A DNA stretch of 64,000 nucleotides from Laetmonice hystrix (Eukaryota): NCBI GenBank assembly GCA_965235115.1, contig OZ249440.1, positions 35,218,001-35,282,000 of the forward strand, read 5' to 3'. The position numbers and the translations under genes were made by a program. Shown here piece by piece: positions 23,576 through 32,969 of this stretch. The notes under the pieces are model-generated. The model saw only the letters and a program-made list of their open reading frames with translations, was not told the origin of the DNA and searched no databases. The number at the start of each line of letters is the position of its first letter. The stretch's first letter is position 1.

Positions 23576-25262
23576 ACAACAGAGAAGAGTACAACCAACT
23601 CTTCTCTATTGAAGAACTCAAATGCTCTCTTAAAAAATCACACGACACTGCAGTTGGACCTGACAGAATACATTACCAATTTTTAAAACATTTACCTGAT
23701 ACCACCCTTCTCATACTTCTTCACATTTTCAACAATATCTGGATAACTGGTAATATACCCCGTTCCTGGCAAGAAGCAATAATCATCCCCATCCCAAAGC
23801 CAGGAAAAGACCATAGTGAAGCTAACAATTACAGACCAATAGCCTTAACAAGTTGCCTGTGCAAAACCATGGAGAGAATGATTAATGATCGCCTCGTCTG
23901 GAAGCTGGAGTCTGAGCAGCTCATAACCGAGTTTCAGTGTGGCTTCCGGCGAGGGAGAAGTACTCTTGATCATCTAATCAGACTCGAGACATACATCCGA
24001 GATGCTTTTATCAACCGTGAACATGTTGTTGCCGTATTTTTCGACCTTGAAAAGGCATACGACACAACATGGAAGTACGGCATTTTAAAAGATTTACATG
24101 ATATGGGTTTTAGGGGGCGTTTGCCCCTTTTCATATCTCAGTTTTTATCCAACAGACATTTTCAAGTCAGAGTAGGCACGACCCTGTCTGACTTGCACGA
24201 CCAAGAATTAGGTGTGCCTCAGGGAAGCATTTTGTCCGTTACCCTTTTTAGTATTAAGATCAACAGCATTGTAAACTCGGTTAAAACTGGCATGCCCTGC
24301 AGCCTGTTTGTCGATGACTTTGACGTCTGCTGCAGAGGCAAAAACATGAATGCCATTGAGAGGCAGCTCCAACTCTGTCTCAACAGAATCCACACTTGGT
24401 CGGTGGAAAATGGTTTTAAGTTTGCAAAGTCTAAAACGGTCTGCATGCATTTCTGCAAACTGCGTGCTTTCCACCTTGACCCTGAGTTGACACTGGATGG
24501 AGATCCTATCAAGGTCGTTAAGGAGACAAAGTTTCTGGGACTCACTTTTGACAGCAAGCTGTCTTTTGTCCCTCACATTAAATCACTGAAATCCAGATGC
24601 CTTAAGGCTCTGGATGTTCTCAAGGTTTTATCTGGCACAAACTGGGGGGCAGACAGTACAGTCCTTTTACAACTGTACAGAGCTTTAATCCGGTCGAAGC
24701 TCGATTACGGTAGCATAGTTTATGGTTCTGCTTGTAAGTCTTACATTCGGCTTTTGGACACGGTTCACCACCAGGGTTTGCGGCTTTCACTTGGGGCTTT
24801 TAGAACGTCTCCTGTTCAGAGCCTCTATGTGGAGGCCCGAGAGCCATCGCTTGACAACAGGCGTCTGAAGCTGGCTCTGCAGTATGCAGTCAAGCTCGGG
24901 ACAGACAGTTCAAATCCAGCTTACAATTGCGTTTTTCACCCTCAGTTCCAACATTTATATGAAAGAAAGGAAACGTACATACGTCCTTTTGGACTGAGGG
25001 TGAAACCTCATCTAGAGGAACTGGATGTTGGTCTGCACGTCCTGGGGCAGACACATTTTTGCAACATTCCTCCTTGGGACCTGAAAAAGCCTGACGTCAT
25101 TTTTCAGTTGGCTCAACTGAAGAAGTCAGAGACTCATCCCCTGACATATTTTGAACATTTTCTTGACGTCCAGGCAAGGTATCCCTCACATTATGCCTTC
25201 TATACAGATGGCTCAAAGGATGGCAGTGATGTGTCTGCGGCTGCAGTTCATGGCAAGCACAA
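23576..25262 (+). pseudogene. LINE ORF2 continuation (RT to start of RNase H) of the 13742 copy
   Basis: ORF 23569..25272 resumes at NREEYNQLFS, exactly where 16853 stopped. Confidence 0.93.
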
Positions 25263-25609
25263 GATATTTTAATTTGTATCCAGAGCTGTTCCAGATTTCC
25301 GGATATTTTGGATTCCATAGACAACTGGGTGGTGTATTGAGAGAACTTGTTGGATACATAGATTGCTAAACCCCCTCCTGTTTTCTTAACATTATTACAA
25401 CAGCAAGAACTTCGATCCTGTCGAAATAGTCCGAAGCCTGGCAGTGATAACATTTGATCCGAGTATTCAGCATGCAACCACGTTTCACTGATAGCAATAA
25501 CGTCAAATGTACCCAGATTAAGATATAGTTCAAGCTTTTTGTACAAACTCCGTGCATTTACATGAACCACTTTAAAGCCTCGGGTACTGACCATACTTGA
25601 ATTCGCCAT
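25263..25609 (-). pseudogene. APE endonuclease N-terminus of CR1/L2-type ORF2, truncated
   Basis: HVNARSL...DVIAISETWL...FRQDR...GGGLAIYV...EQLWIQI. Confidence 0.88.
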
Positions 25610-26188
25610 TGTAGAACCAAAACAGATGTATTATAAATGTAAATAGGCCTACCCGCACACACAAGCAACCATGCATTAGATGACGATGAAGGTGCGTTAT
25701 AATAAACATAATATAGTGTAATACAGTAAGTTTGACGCACATGTTGGTGTGGGCCAAGCTAATGAGTTACCACAGAATCAGACATAGACTTGCGGTAATT
25801 TTCTGCGAATGTACAATATATACAAATAGACTAAGTTGCTGGGTCAGGTATTGCATATTCTCACCCCCCCCCCCCCCACCCCCAACAAATACCCAAAGAT
25901 TACTCAGTGTTTCAAAGAAGTTTCCACATGGAGACCTTATACCTCAGGAGAACCTGGGCGGCTCAGCCACAGCAGGTCCTCCAAAGGCTCCCAGTCCCCA
26001 TGACATGTTAATGAGTGACACCTGGTTCACATTGATTGAAAACTTTGGCAATCTCGGCTGTCCGGTGACGAAGCGTAGCACTAGTTGGGTAACATCCATC
26101 TTTCCAGATTCATCAAGAACATGTGCAGGCCATATACAAGGGGGCACTCAGAGGGCCTGGGCGGCTGAGGCCCCGGTCCCATGACATA

Positions 26189-26600
26189 TTAGTGTAGACC
26201 ATCACGTTCGTGTTGATTGAGGACATCAGCGATCTCTGATGCCCAGTGCTGAAGCATGACACTTGTTGGGTGACACCCGTCTTCAAGTTTACTGTAGTGA
26301 TGACGATGTTTTCTGCCCTTCTTAGGTATTTTGTGTATGGATGCTGTTAGACGTGGTATCTTGAACCCCCTTTCTGCGTTTAGACTGAGAATCTGTTTGT
26401 TTATTTCCACGACAGCCTCATTCAGAACTCGCTGTTTTTGTTGATCGTAGGCAGCTTTGTTGTATTTTCCTATGTGTACCCCAGCAACGAGCATGAAGAC
26501 CAAGCTTGTTGACGGATAAAGTTCTCTGATCGTGCTCATGCATCGGTTCAAAACAGTGAGAAAAATGATCAACTACAGCCTCCACTGTTTCGAAGGGGAG
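26189..26600 (-). pseudogene. SGNH/GDSL esterase-like ORF, C-terminal half
   Basis: LNEAVVEINKQI...HHYSKLEDGCHPT...WA (DGxHP block V motif). Confidence 0.7.
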
Positions 26601-26858
26601 GTAGATTTCTCGCTTACCGTTTTGTGTTTACTTTAGTCGTTTGGTATCTGATCTCTGTTTTTTCCATTATTAGTAATTTACCTAGTTTATTCTAAACTTC
26701 TAAACTTCAGACGTAAGGGTTTTAAGTTGTATTAACCACAGGCCACATACACCGCCCCGTCGTGGGGTAGACTCAGGTGGTGTTCCCTGTGACCAATAAC
26801 ACCTGACGGAGCTCTGAGTGCTGGTGAACTTGAATGGCCTAGGATGGCGTCAGTCCTA

Positions 26859-27492
26859 TTATCGGGGGTGGAAAATAATGTTTGTTTTGGCGGCTTTTGA
26901 TATGAGGGCGGACCACAGTTTTTGAGTTGCTGTATTTGGATGTAGACCATCATAAAATCTATTGTATTTATTTATCCTGCGTCCGTTGGTTAGGCTATGT
27001 ATTGTGTCCATGGTGAATCGTCTCTATTCATCATGGTTACGACTTGATTGAGGGTTATAACTCCATCGTTTATGACTGCCTGAGCAGTATCAAAATCTGT
27101 TATGTGACCACGGTACGTGTTGTATACATTAATGTCCAGCCCGGTGAGTTGGCAGATATAACGCATTTGGAGTAACGTTGTAGATATGTTTTCGCCCAGG
27201 TAAAATAATCTGTTAACACATCTACCATATTTGGTATTTCTGTAAAAGTTGGAGTGATTTTACCAGTTGGCGATTTAGAAGTTAGGTTGTTCACACCGGC
27301 CATCAGATATATAAAATTGAATGATCCTGACTTCAAATAATGGTCCGCTGCTTTGACTGCCATAGTAATGGTGGCACCAGGTGTGGTGGAAACTGTGAAG
27401 TTAGTCGGGATATTGCGGTTGGCACATTCCAGGTTTATAAAATATTCAAGTCCTCTGCCCCGTGAGTCACATATGAGTAAGGAGGATGTCAT
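26859..27492 (-). pseudogene. SGNH/GDSL esterase-like ORF (frameshifted)
   Basis: ATG one base after the NADAR stop; LLICDSRG (block I), PGAT (II), AGVNN (III), and after frameshift RFYDGLHPN...LW (block V), stop at 26859. Confidence 0.78.
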
Positions 27493-27493
27493 C

Positions 27494-28790
27494 TTACAGA
27501 TCCTGTCTAACCTTTTGGAGTAAATCTCCAAACTTGTTTTGGCCTGGACAGTTGGAGTCAATGCGGGAGGCTTGCATTAGGGTGAGACCACATCCATAGA
27601 AGGGGTCGCGGGTTGCTTCGTACAGTAAGCAGTTCCCGGTGGCCTTGAGTTTCTCCAACAGGCTGGTGTTCTGTTCGAATTTAGCCTTGACAATAGTTTC
27701 CAACTTTTCAAGTTTCTTTGTTGTCCATGCGTCAGTGGTCTTAATTCTTCTTGCAATTTTGTGGGCTTCAAACGGGTCCGTAGTGGCTAGTATAGACTCC
27801 GCTAGTACTTGTTCACCATGTTCCACGGCCTTCTGATGGCAGAATGCTTGCTCAGCACTGTTATATGTGACACCCTTGAGTTCAATATTACATGGGTACA
27901 TGGTAGACATGTAGGACTCCTGACCTTGGAAGGCGATACCACTCTGTATAATTATGTAGGGTTTTCGCTTCAGTGAGGGAAAGATTGTGTGGTAGGTGTT
28001 GGAGGTCAATTTGAGTGTATCGCCTGCCGTCAATCACAAGGGCCTCTCCTTTTAGTTTGGCATTCAGGTGTTTAATTTTAGCCAGGTTGTATATGTGTTG
28101 CATTACATGCCGCCTTGATTGAGCTTTGGGTGAGAGGTCATCAACAATAGAGATCCTTGCCCCGCGTTGGTGGTCCTTAAGCCTCTTGACCTTGCTGTAT
28201 ACGTCACTCTTTGAGGTGGTGCGGCTAAGTTGAATTAGAATAGGTCGGGGGTTGGTTCTATTTTTGTTCCTGTCCCCCAGTCTGTAGACAGCACAACAAT
28301 CAGCTATTGTAGTTTCAGTGCCCAAGTCAGTTAGTAAGTCGCTTACTATTACTTTCACATTTTCTCCATTTCTTTCTGGGATCCCATGTATGATTAAGGT
28401 AAACTTGCGTTTGTCATTCTCTATCTTCTCTAGTCTACTCTCCAGGGTATCAATACGCTCCACCAGTTGAGAGTTTTCAGCTCCGACGCGCACTATTTGT
28501 TTGCATAATTCTTTGATAGTTTCCTCTTGTTCCTCTACTTTGGCTTTTATCTCCTTCATTTCTTTAACACTTTCAGAGACTTCGTTCAGCTGTGCACTCA
28601 TCTGATTCACATTGTTATTTGTTGTCATCATTAGGACATAGAGGTCTCGTAGGGTCGGCGTATCGTCAGTATCTGACTGGAGGGGTCTGATTGTTGGCGC
28701 CACTCCCGGTAACTCGCTCACCTCTTTGTCTGTGTTCATATCTATTGTGGGATTCCTGTTTGTAGCCTTGGATCTTGTCCTTTGTGACAT
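27494..28790 (-). pseudogene. LINE ORF1 (coiled coil + L1/CR1-type RRM-CTD) fused to a C-terminal NADAR/YbiA domain; one frameshift near 27950
   Basis: KRKFTLIIHGIPE...YRLG...PRPILIQL...ISIVDDLS; then YMSTMYPC...YNSAEQAFCHQKA...KAKFEQNTSLLEKLKATG...LYEATRDPFYGCG...GQNKFGDLLQKVR. Confidence 0.85.
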
Positions 28791-29320
28791 TTGGATTGTT
28801 CTTGGTTCGCACAGATTACAGGTTGTCTTGTTGTGGTTCTGGATCTCGTTAAATCTCACAGTAATGTCCCGATTAGCTAGTTAAAAGTGATTTTCCTGAG
28901 AGCCCGCGGTCGACACGTCTGGTCACTCTGACGCCATATTTGAATTTTGGATGTTCTTGAAAGTACATGTATGACTATATCGTTAATTGGTCATTAATTA
29001 GTATGCATTCCAAACACCCCATCTTATCTACAAACCCCAGGAAAAAATCACGTCTTAAGTTGTGGATATAATGTCAGGAGTCACTAAATGATCATAAGCA
29101 AAAAGAATTTTCGATGTACTTGAAAGTGTGAATAAATCGTTAATTGGTCCTTAATTAGTATGCGTCTTAATTAGTAACCCCAGACATTTTCATGTCTTAA
29201 GTTGGGTCATTTAAGTTTGAGTGCTGATCCAAATGAAACTGACTTGAAATGGATGTTATACGCGAATCTTTTTTTAAATGGACTTTTGGATCCACTTTTG
29301 GGATCCTTAGGGACCAAACC

Positions 29321-29504
29321 CCTGGCCCCGGTTTTTAGTTCGTCATTTTACCAATCTTAAGACTGGAATTTTAAGACTGACTTGTATTATGGTCTCTCAC
29401 TGGCTGACTTCATTTGAAGGGCCAATCAGAAGCTCTGAAACAAGAGTTCAGTCTTAAGATTTGAATCTTAAGACTCAGTTTCCAAACTAAAAACCGGGCC
29501 CAGG
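29321..29504. mobile_element. MITE with GGCCCGGTT-type TIRs
   Basis: CCTGGCCCCGGTTTTTAGTT / AACTAAAAACCGGGCCCAGG, 19/20 inverted match. Confidence 0.78.
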
Positions 29505-29732
29505 ACTGTGCAACTTAAGATGCCCGATTCCTTTATTGGTACCTTAATTCCAATAGGATTAAGCACTCAAACCTTTTGTACTCAACATTATGATTAAAAT
29601 CCCCCTAGCTCCCCAACTAATCCTAAGCTTATCTGAAAAACAAATGATGACAAGCGTATGATTCTTTTTGGATAGAGTGGGGGTCCAAAAAAAATGAAAA
29701 AGACGGACCATATTGTTCTTGGATGGGAAGCT

Positions 29733-32684
29733 CTATTCTTCCATGAAACCCAGCATGGCGGTCGCAGCTTCAAGCTCCACAGGACTGCGCTGCTGAGGTG
29801 GCTCTGCACTCGGCTGATCTTCTTGGACGTCCAAGCCATCCTGTAGGTGGACCAGAACCTCCTCCTCGCCCTCCTCACTTCCTGCCTCACTCTCCTCAGA
29901 ATCAGAAGACGCCTCGTCAGACGATGATGAAGCGGCCACTGTGAAGGCAAGGTCTGGATGTTCAGCACGGAACTGTTCCCGTCGCTGCTGTCTTGCCAGG
30001 AGGTCTTGATGTTGTTTCCTCTCTGTCTTCTGGACCTTGTCATCCAGCGATGACCATGTGGTGATTTTCACCTCCGCAAAGCCTCGCTGAATGACATCAA
30101 GCAGGGCAGCAAAAGTCACAGAAGGACTATTGTTGCGTGCAACATAGCCCTTAGTGACCCCCACGCCTGTTCAATGGCATTCAACTCCGGCCTGTACGGA
30201 GGCAAAAAAATCACCTCATGGCCATGACGTGCCGCGATCTCGTTCACACGGAGGGTGACTTCTGGGCGATGGTGTCGAAGGAAGTCGACTATGGCTTTCT
30301 TGGTGGCAAGCGGACTGCCTGCGTGTTGGTGCTGTCCAGGCACAGAGCCAGCTTGCCATGCTGACTTGACCTCCCTGGCTGGTAACGTCGTCCAGTAGGT
30401 GAGCCGGTGTCGCTCATCAGTAGGGCGTTTGTGGTACGCAGCATTGTCCAGCAGAAATGTACTGGCACCCAGTCGGTCCGCTGCCAAGCTGCACATTTCT
30501 GTGAACAGTTCCTACAAAATACAGAACAAAAACAGAATCTTTAGAAACATTATGAACTGGATTTGAGTTAACTGTAAGAGTTTGTATATATTTAGTATAT
30601 TTACTTTCGTAAGACCTCATAAATTCATGCTTCTGTAATCCGTATACCTCACGCTTCGAACACACTTTCTGGTGACCTCGTCTCCCATGTTCTATTTAAA
30701 ATGTTTCTGTAATCCGTATGTTTTTACAACCTGAACACATTTTGATGGGCACCAAACTGTGCGGATATATTTTTATATTTCTTTTATTATAATTTTTAAA
30801 CTTGTGCGGATATATTTTTATATTTCTTTTATTATAATTTTTAAACTTTTTCTATGTACACATGTAAGTCCACCTGACATACAGCACAAAAAGACATGCA
30901 TGTTATATTAAGACACGGCAGTTTACACTATAAAGACAAAAGACATTCACAGCACATGATATGACCATTTATACTTACAAAACAGAACATACCTGGGCCC
31001 GGTTCGCGATACTAAGACATCTTGCTTAAGCATAAGCTTGACATTTCTGATTGGCTGATTGCCACACATTTAAGCTGCCTTGCTTAAACCGGTGACAGCT
31101 AGCCAATCAACCGGGCCCTGGTCTATATACCAATGGTATATACCAGGGGTTCCTTGGGTGACTAACTTTTTAGGGTTACTTTGCTGAGCTTAATTATAAG
31201 GGTGAGCAAAAAGTTCTTAGGGACGAGTGCAATTCGAATGATCACTGGTCCCGTGGGCGAGTGGGGTTCCTTATGTTGTGATAAAACATACCTCAAAATG
31301 CTGCCCATTCATTGCTGAATGGTAGTCTGTGGAGGATGGGTTGCTCCTGAAGATGTTCTTCACCAGCCAACCATCTCTACTTCCAGCAACAACCAGAATA
31401 TACCTTCGGCCTTTGCCACTGGGAATGAAAATCTGAAAAGACATTGAAGGAATGTATTAATTGGGTGTCCCCAATGGAAGTGATGAAGAAAATATATATT
31501 TGTTTGAAATTGAAAACATGTAAAACAATTACCTGTGAGCCCTTCTTAAGCCAGCATCGTCGAGCATTGTGGCTTTTATTTACGAATGACTCGTCCACGT
31601 AGACGATGTGGTGACCTGCCCTTCGGGCAGCTTGCACTGCCTCTAGGTAATGCAGGCGTAGCACCTGCATATCCTTGCTCTCGTGTACAAGGAGAGTCTG
31701 GCCAGCTGCTGGCTGGGCATATTTGTACCCTAACTGAAATAGAGCAATGTATTGAAGTTATAACAAAACATGTCAGCAAAAAAGATTTTCTGCACACTTT
31801 TCATTTTCATGATTGCGCCATACTGGTAGGAACACACGGTTTGTTGGTGTCTGATTGATTAGCAATGAATTGCAAACCATTTTGACTTTGATTTTATCTT
31901 GCACAATAGTAATATGGAGTTCCAAACTGCATTGTGAATCCAGATAAATAATGCCCTGCACTCTACACCAATGGATCAAGGGGGTACATGGCAACCAATT
32001 TCCCCCCCCTAGAACTTTCATTGACCCCCCCCCCCCCCACCTTAGCAAATTCTTCCCCTGAAACCCCCTTGACCAAAATCCTGGATCTCCCTCTGTCTAC
32101 AAGAGCAAGTTTCTTACCTGATGAAGCAGTTTGGACAGAAGGCTTGCTGACACCACAATTCCATTGTGAAAATCCAGCCGACTTCTGATGAGTTTTAAGG
32201 TGGGGAAGATGCCGGTGTTGTGCATCTTGGAGATGTGGTCATTGATCTGTGATACCAGTAAACAGGACATGGGTCATGTGCATGACAAAAAGATAAACAT
32301 GTACACAGCTTTTACAAATTTGTGTAGGTTACAAAGGGTTCATGGTTCTTGATGCAATGTTTTTTTAAGAGGTTTTAGATCTATCGTTATAATGCATACA
32401 GCATAATTATAACACCTACTTCGCCATTTCTTCTAAATACACATGTAAAAAACTCAACTCAAGATTGTATTTTTACTGAGAAAATAATCGAAGAAAAACA
32501 TTGGTTTATGATACATTAATCAATATTGGGGCATATCCATACCTTGGTGATGAGCTTCCTTTGCTGACCATCATCCTGGCGCTTCCAGGTGCCACGTTTG
32601 TCTCGAGTGGCCGCTGGCCAGCTCCCTGCTTCCACAGCACTTTTAAATTTCTGGATCGTGTTGAGTCCAGTCAATCTGGCAGCT
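29733..32684 (-). pseudogene. Multi-exon IS630/Tc1/mariner-type transposase, DD91E (Sailor-like)
   Basis: GT-AG exons at about 32684-32543, 32246-32118, 31733-31533, 31432-31292 and 30511-29733; motifs IVYVDES, SGKGRRYILV, DYHSAMNG, LLDNAAYH...LPPYRPELNAIE; 1-bp frameshift near 30160. Confidence 0.82.
30996..31117. mobile_element. MITE in a transposase intron, 3-bp TSD (PIF/Harbinger-like)
   Basis: CTG|GGCCCGGTT...AACCGGGCC|CTG. Confidence 0.72.
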
Positions 32685-32969
32685 CTGTTAATAAATAAAA
32701 TGGATCATTGACTAACTTTTCCCTACCTAAATATTAATTGTAAAATTAATGTATCATTCCCTGTAAGAGATCAATTTCATTTTCAGCCACTATTCATCCC
32801 AACACACATGGACATAGTGATTATTCTCCATGATAATTATTAGATAGCTTGAATTATTATTAACTCTATACTACAGCTATATTTTCTTCCCTTGCAACTA
32901 ATGTAATGAGCATCTTCACTTTTCCAGACACTTTGAGGGGGTTGTCATTGTGATTTCAAAACAAGAGTA

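Larger units (their letters stand above)
13742..25262 (+). mobile_element. I-group LINE, subfamily A, 5'-complete; split by the 16854-23575 insert; 3' end lost
   Basis: 5' UTR from CCCCCCGTGGGG; ORF1, ORF2 to 16853, resumes at 23576 after a 12-bp TSD (ACAACAGAGAAG) and stops in RNase H at HGKH. Confidence 0.95.
25263..28940 (-). mobile_element. CR1/L2-group-like LINE 5' part: ORF1-NADAR, two SGNH ORFs, start of APE ORF2; 3' truncated
   Basis: Co-oriented ORFs listed below; 5' end ATATGGCG (YY1-like) near 28932-28940; linking APE to the upstream ORFs is inferred from adjacency and strand. Confidence 0.72.

Noticed and set aside
27494..27945. NADAR as bacterial contamination or a riboflavin-operon ybiA
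   Set aside because: It is fused to a LINE-type ORF1, lies among eukaryotic TEs and spliced genes, and has no bacterial neighbours.
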